DNA of 64,000 nucleotides. Source: Terriglobia bacterium. Its GTDB lineage: Bacteria; Acidobacteriota; Terriglobia; Bryobacterales; Bryobacteraceae. The number at the start of each line of letters is the position of its first letter. Position 1 is the stretch's first letter. Under the pieces are notes generated by a model. That model was given only the letters and a program-made list of their open reading frames with translations, was not told the origin of the DNA and made no database searches. The position numbers were made by a program, and so were the translations under genes. Shown here piece by piece: positions 45,884-55,154 of the stretch. Location: positions 376,163 to 440,162 of the forward strand of contig CAVRRR010000002.1 in NCBI GenBank assembly GCA_963723645.1. Reading direction: 5' to 3'.

Positions 45884-47152
45884 TTAAGAGACGGGCGCCA
45901 GATCGAATTTGTGCGGGTGCGGTTTAGCGGCCTCACGACGTTTTTGAAGTATGGCGTCTTCGAGGGTATCCGCGGATTGCATCGCTGGTGGCGCGGCCGG
46001 GAAGTTGTAAGCAGCGAGCGGAACCTGCACGGTTCTCCAGCGGTCGTTGTGAACGTCGCAGTGGGAAACGGTGAGGTCATAAACCTCTTTCGCCTGCTTA
46101 GTCATGGGTGAGTCGAAGAGCGCAAGGTTGACGCCACGGGACAGCTCGTCATTGTTGAAAGTTGCGACCTTTGCGCCATCGACGGTGAGCGTATACACGC
46201 CGCTCTTGAGGCCAGTGATTTTGAGGGCTTCGTCGTTGAGCGCCTGACTCACATCCGAACTTCTAAGGACGAGAGGAATGGGACCGACGCCCCAGTTCTG
46301 CTGCCATTGCGCGAAGGGAAGAGGCAGCGCATCTTCCGTTTCAGTCCACGAGAGGCCGTTCTCCGATGAGAGACCGGTAACGGTTGCATGTTCGGCGGCC
46401 TGGAGTTTGGGTGATGAACCGGCGCTGATGGAGACAGAGGAGACAAGCGGCCGGGCGTGCCAGGATTTGAGGAGCGCTTCAGCCATGATCAGATGGCCGG
46501 CAAAGCCCGGATGCACGCGGTCCTTGATGATGGTTTGGGCTTCGACCGGATCGAGTTCGTTGGCGCGGCGGAGCATGGCTACAACAGGCGTGTTCAGATC
46601 GGCGACATTGAGGCCGGTCTTCTCCGCATAGTTGCCGATCCACTTGCTGAAGCTGATGAGGACTTCGTTGTAGCCGCCGGGAAACAAGGGCGGGCGGGTG
46701 ACGTCATCGTAGGGCGACGGCTGAATGGCAGTGATGCGGACGCCGGGAAGGGTCGATTTCACGGTTTCGACGATGTGCTTGTAGCCGTTGAAAAAGACTT
46801 CGTCGTTGGCCTCAGTCTCGGCCCGGTAAAGGCCATCGTTCATGCCGAGCATGATCGTCATGACGCTGGGCTTGTAGGCGAGGACATCGCGCGAGAGGCG
46901 AACGTCTATGGGGCCCCCGCCTCCACCACTGACTTTGTCCCCACCCCAGCCGGAGTGGACGAACCGGACGTCGAGATCGGGGTAGCGCGTGGCGACGTAG
47001 GTCTCGGCGATGACGGTGTAGAGACGCTGGTCGGTGATGCTGTCGCCGTAGAAGACGACGCGATCGCCATTCTTCAAAGCGAAGGAATCGGCGGCAAAGG
47101 AAGAAACGGAAAAGAGGAGCGCGGCGCAGAAAGCGCCCAGTGTGAATCGCAT
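45884..47152 (-). CDS. Exported SGNH/GDSL hydrolase with an extra C-terminal domain
   Basis: Signal peptide. Block I is VVFYGDSITDQ, block III is IMLGMNDG, and block V is DRVHPG. About 200 aa of additional C-terminal domain follow. Confidence 0.8.
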   Translation of the reverse strand: MRFTLGAFCAALLFSVSSFAADSFALKNGDRVVFYGDSITDQRLYTVIAETYVATRYPDLDVRFVHSGWGGDKVSGGGGGPIDVRLSRDVLAYKPSVMTIMLGMNDGLYRAETEANDEVFFNGYKHIVETVKSTLPGVRITAIQPSPYDDVTRPPLFPGGYNEVLISFSKWIGNYAEKTGLNVADLNTPVVAMLRRANELDPVEAQTIIKDRVHPGFAGHLIMAEALLKSWHARPLVSSVSISAGSSPKLQAAEHATVTGLSSENGLSWTETEDALPLPFAQWQQNWGVGPIPLVLRSSDVSQALNDEALKITGLKSGVYTLTVDGAKVATFNNDELSRGVNLALFDSPMTKQAKEVYDLTVSHCDVHNDRWRTVQVPLAAYNFPAAPPAMQSADTLEDAILQKRREAAKPHPHKFDLAPVS

Positions 47153-47225
47153 GCGGCGCTCATCATCTTATCAGCGGGTACTGCGCGGCAGCGGCATGCG
47201 GCGGAGGTGTTACAGTCTGAGGCGG

Positions 47226-48341
47226 ATGCGGAACTTACTACGACTTGTTTTTTCGCTGGCGGTGCTGGGCGCACTGGGTGTGGCGCAGGAGAATCAGCCC
47301 TACAAGATTGCGGTTATTGGCTTGGTGCACCTGCATGTGCTGGGGCATCTGCCGAGGATGCTGGAGGGCAAATCGGTGAAGCTGGTGGGGATTGCGGAGC
47401 CGAATGCGGAGCTGACGGCTAGTGTGAAGAAGTCGGTTGAAGCCGGAGGAAAAGTGACGATTCCGGACAGCCTGCTCTTCACGGACTACAAGAAGATGCT
47501 TGACGAAACGAAGCCCGATATCGTGTGGGCGTTTGTCGAGAACAACCGGCATCTGGAGATTGCAAAGGTGTGCGCGCCACGGCACATCAACCTGATTTAC
47601 GAGAAGCCGCTGGCGAGCACGTATGAGGACGCGAAGGAGATTCGCAGACTCGCCGGGGAATATCACATTCGCGTGATGACTAATTATCAGATGGCATGGT
47701 GGCCTACCAATTACACCGAGAAGGCGGCCGTGGACCGAGGTGACGTGGGTACGGTGTTCCGGCTGCATGGAATCGTAGGGCACGGCTTCGGGTTCGCGAA
47801 AGATCCGGGTGCGAAATTCTTCGTCGATTGGCTGACGGATCCGGTGAAGAATGGCGCCGGCGCGCTGATGGATTTCGGGTGTTACAACGTGCTGTGGAGT
47901 TTGTGGTACCTGGGAATGCCGAAGACAATCTACGCAACTGCCGAACATCTGCGGCCGGAGCTGTTTCCCAAGGTGGAAGACAATGCGGTGCTGGTTTTGA
48001 CGTATCCGAATGCGACTGGGATTTTTGAAGCGAGCTGGGATCTGCCGCGCGGCTTTCAGGATCTGGAGATCTTCGGGCGGCCGGACGGGAAAGAGCCGGG
48101 AAGCATTCACATGAACGCGCGAGAAGTGGATCTACAGGTGGGCAGAGACAAGCGACAGGTGCCGGTAACGCCTCTGGCACCGCAGGAGAGTGAGCCCATC
48201 GCTTACATGGTTTCGCGGATGAAAGAGAACAAGCCGGTGGAGGGGTTGACTGCAATGGATATAAACGTAAGAGTCATACGACTGATTGAGCTTGCGAAGG
48301 AATCGATCAGAACCGGAAAGGCTGTAAACGTGACAGAGTAG
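47226..48341 (+). CDS. Exported Gfo/Idh/MocA-family oxidoreductase
   Basis: ATG at 47226 with GAGG upstream. MRNLLRLVFSLAVLGALGVAQE is the leader, and KIAVIGLVHLHV forms the Rossmann start. The EKPLAST motif is present. Confidence 0.8.
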   Translation: MRNLLRLVFSLAVLGALGVAQENQPYKIAVIGLVHLHVLGHLPRMLEGKSVKLVGIAEPNAELTASVKKSVEAGGKVTIPDSLLFTDYKKMLDETKPDIVWAFVENNRHLEIAKVCAPRHINLIYEKPLASTYEDAKEIRRLAGEYHIRVMTNYQMAWWPTNYTEKAAVDRGDVGTVFRLHGIVGHGFGFAKDPGAKFFVDWLTDPVKNGAGALMDFGCYNVLWSLWYLGMPKTIYATAEHLRPELFPKVEDNAVLVLTYPNATGIFEASWDLPRGFQDLEIFGRPDGKEPGSIHMNAREVDLQVGRDKRQVPVTPLAPQESEPIAYMVSRMKENKPVEGLTAMDINVRVIRLIELAKESIRTGKAVNVTE

Positions 48342-48363
48342 CGATCGCGCGGTATTGCAGAGA

Positions 48364-48380
48364 CGCGTTCGCCGAACGCG
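48364..48380. terminator. Short GC hairpin between convergent genes
   Basis: CGCGTTC-gcc-GAACGCG is a 7-bp perfect stem. It lies between the stops at 48341 (+) and 48385 (-). Confidence 0.35.
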
Positions 48381-48384
48381 CAAA

Positions 48385-50034
48385 TCAGGGTTGGACGGTA
48401 AAGGCGTAGAGCGAATCGCCCGCACCCACTACCAGGTATTGCTGGCCGTCGAGAAGATAGGTTTCGGGGCCGTTGCTCACATCGTCGGTTAAGCCGGCAT
48501 GCCACAGGATATTTCCGTTCGCAGGGTCAAACGCCACCACATGACCTGAACCGTCTCCGGTGAAGAGCAGCTTGCCGGCCGTCGTCAGGATTCCCACTGG
48601 ACCTCCGCCGAATGTATAACGATGCTCCCAAGCTACTTTGCCGGTTTTGTAATCGATGGCCTCAAGACTGCCGCCATAAGAACCGACAAAGCGTTCGGCT
48701 GCGCCGTAGCCTTCCGGGTGAGGATCAGTGTCGGTGAGATAAAACATGCTAAAAGATTGCGAAAGGCCGACGTAAAACAGACCGGTTTCGGGATCGAAGC
48801 TCGGGGGCGGCCAATTCGTGGCTCCATCAGAAGGAGGTGAGACCAGGACCCCTTCGATGGTGGCTTCCTTCTTCGGATTCGGGATGGGCTGGCCATTGGG
48901 AGCAGTTCCCTTCGACCAGTTCATGGTGCGGATCATGGGCGCGGTGAGCAGGTTCTGGCCGTTTGTGCGGTCAAGCAGGAAGAAGTAGCCGTTGCGATTG
49001 GCTTGCGCCAGCATCTTGCGGGGTTTGCCGTTGAACTCTCCATCGATGAGCACAGGGGTTTGGACAGAGTCCCAATCGTGGGTGTCGTGCGGAGAGGGTT
49101 GGTAATACCAGGCGAGCTTGCCGGTATCAACATTGAGGGCGACTATGGAACAGGTGTAAAGGTTGTCACCCTGGCGACTGCGGCCGGTCAACACGGGGTT
49201 GGGATTACCGGTGCCGAGGTAGTAGAGATGCAATTTGGGATCGTAGGTGCCGGGGATCCAGGTCATGCCGCCGCCGTGGCGCATGGAGTATTCGTCGGGC
49301 CAGGATTCGGAGCCGGGGTCGCCCTTTTTAAGAGGCTCGCTCCACCACTTCCACTGGACGTCGCCGGTTTCGGGATCGTGAGCTTCGAGGAAACCGGGCA
49401 CATCGAGCGAATCGCCGCCGGTTCCGACGAGCACATGATTGCCGATGACAATTGGGGCGGGAGTGGAGAAATATTCCTGCTTCACATCCGCGATTTCTTT
49501 GTGCCAGCGCTCCTTGCCGGTTTTAGCGTCGAGCGAGACGAGATAGTTGTCGGGAGTTTCGAAGAAGAGCCAGTTGCCGTACATGCCCATGCCGCGGTTA
49601 CCGATGTGGATGCCGCCGCGAGTTTTCCAGAAATAGTGCCAGATTTCACGGCCGGAGCGGGCGTCGACTGCCCAGGCGTTATCGGGGGTTGAGAAATAGA
49701 GAACGCCGTTGACCATGAGAGGGGTGGATTTGATGGTGGAGGCGTCGGAATTATTCGCAGAGCTCTCGGTGGGCGGCGGGCCTTCACCACCGACGATGGC
49801 ATTGTTGCCCGGACCCACTTTGACGCGATCGATCCAGGCGAGGGTCAGGTGTTTGACGTTGCTCTGATCGATTTGGGAGAGCGAGCTAAAGCGGCGGCCT
49901 GAGTAGTCGCCGTAGTAGGTCGGCCAGGCATCGGTGGCCGGTTTGCTAAGCAAAGCCGGATCGAGCAGTTGGGCAGAGACCGTAAGGGGGGCGAGGCTGA
50001 GGCAGATGGTGAGTACCTCGCGAAAGATTTTCAT
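48385..50034 (-). CDS. PQQ-dependent dehydrogenase (quinoprotein alcohol/sugar dehydrogenase family beta-propeller)
   Basis: 549 aa with a signal peptide. D-x-x-T/S-G-x-x-x-W blade motifs recur: VDARSGREIWHY, LDAKTGKERWH, HDPETGDVQWKW, LNVDTGKLAWYY, IDYKTGKVAWEH, FDPANGNILWH. Confidence 0.85.
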   Translation of the reverse strand: MKIFREVLTICLSLAPLTVSAQLLDPALLSKPATDAWPTYYGDYSGRRFSSLSQIDQSNVKHLTLAWIDRVKVGPGNNAIVGGEGPPPTESSANNSDASTIKSTPLMVNGVLYFSTPDNAWAVDARSGREIWHYFWKTRGGIHIGNRGMGMYGNWLFFETPDNYLVSLDAKTGKERWHKEIADVKQEYFSTPAPIVIGNHVLVGTGGDSLDVPGFLEAHDPETGDVQWKWWSEPLKKGDPGSESWPDEYSMRHGGGMTWIPGTYDPKLHLYYLGTGNPNPVLTGRSRQGDNLYTCSIVALNVDTGKLAWYYQPSPHDTHDWDSVQTPVLIDGEFNGKPRKMLAQANRNGYFFLLDRTNGQNLLTAPMIRTMNWSKGTAPNGQPIPNPKKEATIEGVLVSPPSDGATNWPPPSFDPETGLFYVGLSQSFSMFYLTDTDPHPEGYGAAERFVGSYGGSLEAIDYKTGKVAWEHRYTFGGGPVGILTTAGKLLFTGDGSGHVVAFDPANGNILWHAGLTDDVSNGPETYLLDGQQYLVVGAGDSLYAFTVQP

Positions 50035-50870
50035 TTCAGGGTCACCAGGTAAGCGGTCAGATTGTGGATATCGGAATCGGAGTAGTGCATGAGCATGTCC
50101 GAGTGCGCCTGCACCCGATTATGGAGTTCGACGCGCGGGTTGTCAGGAGTGACGCGCGTGAACGAATGAAAGTCGCCGGCGGCATCCCGCAGCGCAACGG
50201 TGAAGTCATCGAGGCTGACGGGAACGCCCGTGAATGCCTGGCCGGAGGGCGTAGTCACGGTAACAGTAAGGGTGGGCTTGCCGGAAGGAGCAGGCGTGGG
50301 ATTTGATCTATCGAGCGGCATGAGGATGCGGTCCTGCAGAGTAATGGGCTCGTATCTCTTGCCGATGCCTTTGAGATCGCCGGTTACGGAGTGACAGGTG
50401 GCGCATTGACCGGCACCGTTGAAGTAAGTCTCGCCAGCTTTGGCATCACCTGTGACGATGTTGAGCAGTTTGTAATCATCGCGGTTAGCGGCGGCGGCGA
50501 TTGAGTTATGTAGAAAGTTGGCGATGTCGGTGATCTGGTCGGGCGTCATCGAGAACTTGGGCATGCCCTTTTCCTGACGGCCCTTAAGGATCACGCGACC
50601 GATACTCTTGCCGCCTTCATCATCGAGAACGAGGACGGAGCGGAGGAGGTCGGGACCTTTCTCACCGCCCTTAGCGTGCGAGCCGTGACAGAACCCGCAG
50701 GTAGCGACGAAGAGGTCCTGTCCACGCTTGACTGAAGCGGGATCGTATTTGGGTGGTGTGCCGGGGGCTTGAGGAAACAGCGGCAGGGATCCAAAAAGGA
50801 GAGCCGCAACGAAACCAGTTCGAAATGTTTGATTCACTATGTGTGAGTGGGCCTTGCAGAACTTTACCAC
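50031..50870 (-). CDS. Di-haem c-type cytochrome (probable electron acceptor of the PQQ dehydrogenase)
   Basis: Two CxxCH sites (CGFCHG, CATCHS). 4-nt overlap with the PQQ dehydrogenase start. The start is GTG 50870 or GTG 50837, which gives the leader NQTFRTGFVAALLFGSLPLFPQA. Confidence 0.85.
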   Translation of the reverse strand: MVKFCKAHSHIVNQTFRTGFVAALLFGSLPLFPQAPGTPPKYDPASVKRGQDLFVATCGFCHGSHAKGGEKGPDLLRSVLVLDDEGGKSIGRVILKGRQEKGMPKFSMTPDQITDIANFLHNSIAAAANRDDYKLLNIVTGDAKAGETYFNGAGQCATCHSVTGDLKGIGKRYEPITLQDRILMPLDRSNPTPAPSGKPTLTVTVTTPSGQAFTGVPVSLDDFTVALRDAAGDFHSFTRVTPDNPRVELHNRVQAHSDMLMHYSDSDIHNLTAYLVTLK

Positions 50871-50943
50871 TCCGGCGGTAAGGACGGGGCGGCGTCTGTG
50901 CCATCAAAGCACGGTACGCACTCCCGACACAAAAAAAGGAACG

Positions 50944-51555
50944 TCAGGCTGCGGCAGCCAAGTGCTGTTCGTAAGGGCGAGGCAGGCAGGGGACGAGGTT
51001 CTGCAGACGAGGAGTGGGGCGGCCGCAGGGACAAGGGGAAGTTTCGATTTCGCCTGTAAAACCGGTGTGTAGCCTTGTGACAGGGGGAACGTCATAGACG
51101 AGTTCACCATGAATCGAGTAAGCGCTGGCATCTGCCTGAACGTGCCAGCCATCGTGCGCTTCGCACTCGGAGGCGAGCAGTCTGCAGCCAGGGACGACGA
51201 TCAGTTCGTATAGCGGTACGCCGAAGGTCCGCCAGAGGTCTTCGCGCAACTTCTCGGAGACGGGATTGGAACCGGAATCGGTTAGGGCGAAGATGGCGCG
51301 ATCGACGGTTGTGAGATCGATGTCGCCGTGGCGTACGGTTTGGGCAAGCCGCTGGAGGTCAAATCCGTAACCGATAAGGACGGAGGGCCGATACGCTTGG
51401 AGCTCATTCCAGCGTTCACGGCGGAAAGGCCTGGCGCCCTCGAACTCAGGAAGAACGGAGATTTGAGCGGCATTCGCTTCGGGGGGAAGGGCGAAGGGAA
51501 GAGTCAAGCCGGGACGCCGATCGGGCCGGAACGGGACTACAGAAATCCGTTTCAT
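50944..51555 (-). CDS. Short PaaK/F390-synthetase-like protein lacking the adenylation P-loop region
   Basis: The ATG at 51555 gives MKRISVVPF. PSVLIGYGFDLQRLAQ...AIFALTDSGSNPVSEKLREDLWRTFGVPLYELIVVPGCRLLASECEAHDGWHVQAD...GELVY...SPCPCGRPTPRL parallels the central part of phenylacetate-CoA ligase-like enzymes. It is only ~203 aa and has no SSGTTG-type motif. Confidence 0.45.
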   Translation of the reverse strand: MKRISVVPFRPDRRPGLTLPFALPPEANAAQISVLPEFEGARPFRRERWNELQAYRPSVLIGYGFDLQRLAQTVRHGDIDLTTVDRAIFALTDSGSNPVSEKLREDLWRTFGVPLYELIVVPGCRLLASECEAHDGWHVQADASAYSIHGELVYDVPPVTRLHTGFTGEIETSPCPCGRPTPRLQNLVPCLPRPYEQHLAAAA

Positions 51556-51608
51556 AACTAGGTTCACGGATAGAGTGCGTGACACGGGCAAACATTCGCA
51601 GAAAAATC

Positions 51609-52565
51609 TTAGCGGGATAGTGCGGCGGGGCTAGACGGCGTCATGAAAGCCAACCTGGGTTCCAGGAGTTGCTCGAGGTTGGTCTTGAGAATCAGAGTGG
51701 CCTGCCGCGCATCGAGGCCCAGCTCGTAAAGGGCTTTCGACTGCTGCTCGAAGACGGCGTGGTGCCAGCCTCGCGGAAAGAAACTGGAATCGGTGCCAAA
51801 AATCAGGCGCTCCGGCCCGAGCAGGTCAATGGCTCTGCGAAAAATGGTGCGCAGGTCAAGCCCTTCGTAAGCCATCCAGCGGTTTGTGCTGGAGGTATCG
51901 AAGGAAACGTTCGGGCAGAGATCGGCGAGCATCAGGGCTTCACGCAAAAATCCTGCGCCGAAGTGAGGAACGATGAAGCGGATCTGCGGGAAGTGGAGTG
52001 CGACGGGATGGAGGTTCAGCGGGTCAGAGAATCGCATATCGAACTGGCTGGGCAGCGCCAGCTTTTTGCGAACACCCACACTGAGCGCTCCGCAGTGGAC
52101 GAAGGCGGCGAGGTGATGGTCAGAGATGAGCTCGAACATCGGTACGAGGCGGGGGTCGGCGATGGAGTAGGTATGCATCGCCGGAAAAAAGCAGACACAG
52201 TGCAGATCCGGGTTTCGAACGGCGCGACGGAGGTGGTCCATGGCATCGGGCTGCACGGGATCGAACATGAAGAAACCGTAGAAGCGGTCGGGGTGAGCGT
52301 GGACGGCGGCGGCTACACTCGCTTCGTCGGCGTGCGAACTGGCGATCAAACAGGCTCGGCCCACGCCCTGCGCCTGCAGTTCGGCCGCCCAGCGATTCGC
52401 GAGGATCACCGGGTCGAAGGACGGGATTTCCCAATTCAACAGAGGAGCAAGGGAATCGGCATCCCCAGATTTTTTCTGCCGCGCGAGGCCGTCGAAGAAA
52501 TTTCGTGAGAAGAAATGGACGTGCGCATCGTTGACGAGGATTTCACCCCAGGGAGTTTCCGCCAT
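51609..52565 (-). CDS. Amidohydrolase_2 (ACMSD-like TIM-barrel metal-dependent hydrolase) family protein
   Basis: NDAHVHFF (HxH), FVHCG, and the late GTDSSFFP Asp block. 318 aa. Confidence 0.75.
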   Translation of the reverse strand: MAETPWGEILVNDAHVHFFSRNFFDGLARQKKSGDADSLAPLLNWEIPSFDPVILANRWAAELQAQGVGRACLIASSHADEASVAAAVHAHPDRFYGFFMFDPVQPDAMDHLRRAVRNPDLHCVCFFPAMHTYSIADPRLVPMFELISDHHLAAFVHCGALSVGVRKKLALPSQFDMRFSDPLNLHPVALHFPQIRFIVPHFGAGFLREALMLADLCPNVSFDTSSTNRWMAYEGLDLRTIFRRAIDLLGPERLIFGTDSSFFPRGWHHAVFEQQSKALYELGLDARQATLILKTNLEQLLEPRLAFMTPSSPAALSR

Positions 52566-52595
52566 GCTGGGATGATTTTAGCGGAACGAGGCGAG

Positions 52596-53294
52596 CTACA
52601 GCTCGATGGGCTTGAGCGCGGGGCTCACAATGAGCTTCGGTTCGGTGACGCTTTGCACGTCCGCGACGGTGAGGCCAGGCGCAAGTTCATCGAGCTGCAA
52701 GCCAGCGGCGGTGACGGAGATAACAGCCAATTCAGTGATGATCGTGTTGACTACTTTCAGACCGGTGACGGGAAGCGTGCACTTGCAGAGAATTTTCGGA
52801 GCGCCGGATTTTGTGGTGTGCTCCATGGCGACGACAACGCGCCTGGCGCTTGCGACCAGATCCATCGCGCCGCCCATTCCTTTGACCACTTTTCCAGGCA
52901 CCATCCAATTGGCGAGCGTGCCCACCTCATCTACTTCCATGGCGCCGAGGATGCTGAGGTCTACGTGGCCGCCGCGAATCATGGCAAACGAATCGGCGCT
53001 CGAGAAGTAGGCAGAGCCCGGGAGTTCGGTTACGGTCTCTTTGCCGGCGTTGATGAGATCGGGGTCTTCAGTTCCCTGCTCCGGGTATGGCCCGACCCCG
53101 AGCATGCCATTTTCGGATTGGAGAATGACTTCGATACCGGAAGGTACGTGATTGGCTACCAGGGTCGGCATACCGATGCCGAGGTTTACATAAAAGCCGT
53201 CCTGAAGCTCCTGAGCGACGCGGCGAACGATGCGCTCGCGCTTTGCATTGGCGGCGTCCGACGAGCCGACGGGAACTGCAGACGTGAGGCTCAT
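52596..53294 (-). CDS. scoB: 3-oxoacid CoA-transferase subunit B
   Basis: The ATG at 53294 gives [37 protein letters not shown]...[10 protein letters not shown]...[22 protein letters not shown]...GMGGAMDL is near-canonical for ScoB/AtoA. The track N-terminal extension is Arg-rich antisense-type sequence. ATGA overlap with subunit A. Confidence 0.92.
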   Translation of the reverse strand: MSLTSAVPVGSSDAANAKRERIVRRVAQELQDGFYVNLGIGMPTLVANHVPSGIEVILQSENGMLGVGPYPEQGTEDPDLINAGKETVTELPGSAYFSSADSFAMIRGGHVDLSILGAMEVDEVGTLANWMVPGKVVKGMGGAMDLVASARRVVVAMEHTTKSGAPKILCKCTLPVTGLKVVNTIITELAVISVTAAGLQLDELAPGLTVADVQSVTEPKLIVSPALKPIEL

Positions 53295-53998
53295 GATGGA
53301 ACTTTGACGGGACGTACGGTGCGACGCTCGATGCGATGCTCGTAAGACTCGCCTTTTATGAGGCGCTGGACGTAGATTCCGGGGGTGACAACGTGATCGG
53401 GATCGATAGAACCGGGTTCGACTAATTCCTCCACCTCGGCGATGGTGATTTTGGCAGCGGTGGCCATCATGGGGTTGAAGTTTCGGGCGGTTTTGCGATA
53501 CGCAAGATTGCCGAGGCGATCTCCGCGCCAAGCTTTGACCAGAGCGAAATCGGCGACCAGCGCGCGTTCCATGATGAAGGTACGGCCGTCGAACTCTCTT
53601 GTCTCTTTCCCTTCGGCAACGACGGTGCCGACACCGGCCGGAGTGAAGAAAGCGGGGATGCCCGCGCCGCCGGCTCTGATGCGCTCGGCGAGCGTGCCTT
53701 GCGGAATCAGGTCGACTTCAAGCGATCCGGCGATCACCATCGATTCGAGCAGGCGGTTCTCACCGACGTAGCTACCGGTGTGAGAGGCGATCATGCCGGC
53801 TTCAAGCATCTTTCCCATGCCGAAACCATCGACGCCCAAATTGTTGCTGATGGTGTGCAGGTTTGTGGGACGCCGGCGAATGAGTGCGGCGAGAAGATTC
53901 TCCGGTATGCCGCACAATCCGAAGCCACCGATCATGATGGAAGAGCCAGTGGTGATATCGGCTACGGCCTCATCAGTGCCAGGAAAGATCTTGTTCAC
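53291..53998 (-). CDS. scoA: 3-oxoacid CoA-transferase subunit A
   Basis: [15 protein letters not shown]...SYVGEN...[33 protein letters not shown]...[41 protein letters not shown] aligns closely with ScoA/AtoD. Confidence 0.92.
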   Translation of the reverse strand: MNKIFPGTDEAVADITTGSSIMIGGFGLCGIPENLLAALIRRRPTNLHTISNNLGVDGFGMGKMLEAGMIASHTGSYVGENRLLESMVIAGSLEVDLIPQGTLAERIRAGGAGIPAFFTPAGVGTVVAEGKETREFDGRTFIMERALVADFALVKAWRGDRLGNLAYRKTARNFNPMMATAAKITIAEVEELVEPGSIDPDHVVTPGIYVQRLIKGESYEHRIERRTVRPVKVPS

Positions 53999-54051
53999 CG
54001 GCGGTACGGCACCTGCATTAGTGGAGATGATAACTCAAGTAGGCTTGTGAG

Positions 54052-54981
54052 TCAGGCGCGGGCTTGGCTGGAGGCTTCGAGCGCGATAGCGACTCTCGAG
54101 GCGGGGCGCTTTCCGAGCAAAGCGCAAATGCTCGATCCGGCCGCTGCCAGTTTCCGAAGGTTGACGCCGGAATGGATATGCATACCGTCGAGCATGTAAA
54201 CGAGATCTTCGGTGGCGAGATTGCCGGCGGCTCCCGGCGCGAATGGACAGCCGCCCAAGCCCGCTACGGAGCTATCAATGACGGAGACACCGACCTCGAG
54301 CGAGGCAAGAACGTTTGCCAGGGCCTGACCCCAGGTGTCGTGATAGTGAACGGCGAGATGGCTCAGGGGGACGACTTGAGCGACGGCGTCCAGCATTCGC
54401 CGCGCCGCGAGCGGAGTGCCGACCCCGATCGTGTCTCCTAAGGAGATTTCGCGGCATCCCATCCTATGAAGCGCGTCAGCTACGTTCGCCACCGCGGCCG
54501 TTTCGATCTCGCCGGCGAAGGGACAGCCGAGGACACAGGAGACGTAGCCGCGCACGGGAATGCCTATTGATCCAGCAGCGCGAACCACTTCCTCTGAACG
54601 GCGCAGGCTCTCTTGAACCGAGCAGTTGATATTCGCACGAGAGAACTGTTCCGAGGCGGCAACGAAGACGGCGACCTCGTCGAGCTTGCAGGCAGCAGCT
54701 TGCTCCCAGCCTTTGAGGTTCGGCACCAGAGCGCTATAGGTCGCGCCCGGCAGACGCCGGAGCTGCGAGAAAATGGATGCCGTATTGGCCATCTGTGGGA
54801 TTTTCGAGGGAGAGACAAAGCTGCCGCATTCAATGAAAGTCAAGCCGGCTGCGGCAAGGGCTTCGATGAGAGCGACACGCGCCCCGACGGAAAGGATAGT
54901 GGGTTCGTTCTGGAGACCGTCGCGGGGGCCGACTTCAACAATACGAACGCTTGCAGGGAGGTTCGGAGCTGACGAGTTCAG
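54052..54981 (-). CDS. Hydroxymethylglutaryl-CoA lyase (probable CTG start)
   Basis: The track ORF starts at TTG 54843. The same frame is open upstream and encodes NSSAPNLPASVRIVEVGPRDGLQNEPTILSVGARVALIEALAAAG, which is the conserved catalytic N-terminus. No ATG/GTG/TTG occurs between the in-frame TAA (54988-54990) and 54843. CTG at 54981 lies 9 nt downstream of GAGGAG. Later motifs are HYHDTWGQALAN and GLGGCPFAPGAAGNLATEDLVYML. Confidence 0.8.
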   Translation of the reverse strand: MNSSAPNLPASVRIVEVGPRDGLQNEPTILSVGARVALIEALAAAGLTFIECGSFVSPSKIPQMANTASIFSQLRRLPGATYSALVPNLKGWEQAAACKLDEVAVFVAASEQFSRANINCSVQESLRRSEEVVRAAGSIGIPVRGYVSCVLGCPFAGEIETAAVANVADALHRMGCREISLGDTIGVGTPLAARRMLDAVAQVVPLSHLAVHYHDTWGQALANVLASLEVGVSVIDSSVAGLGGCPFAPGAAGNLATEDLVYMLDGMHIHSGVNLRKLAAAGSSICALLGKRPASRVAIALEASSQARA

Positions 54982-54987
54982 GAAGTG

Positions 54988-55149
54988 TTACTCCTCGACG
55001 GCATCCTGCCACCGGGTCTTGTACTTCGGTTTGGGCTTGGCAGCTTTCTCGTCAAGCGGGCGGGCGGGTTTGGGCGGACCAACTCGCTGGCGCGCTACAG
55101 CTTTGACGCGCTTGGTCCTGGTAAAAGACTTGACGCGTTTTGTAGCCAA
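54988..55149 (-). CDS. Unlisted 53-aa highly basic small ORF
   Basis: TTG at 55149 lies 7 nt downstream of GGAGGG. The product is MATKRVKSFTRTKRVKAVARQRVGPPKPARPLDEKAAKPKPKYKTRWQDAVEE. It fills the gap between the DUF892 gene and the HMG-CoA lyase gene exactly. It is below the 60-aa cutoff of the ORF track. Confidence 0.45.
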   Translation of the reverse strand: MATKRVKSFTRTKRVKAVARQRVGPPKPARPLDEKAAKPKPKYKTRWQDAVEE

Positions 55150-55154
55150 AGCGA

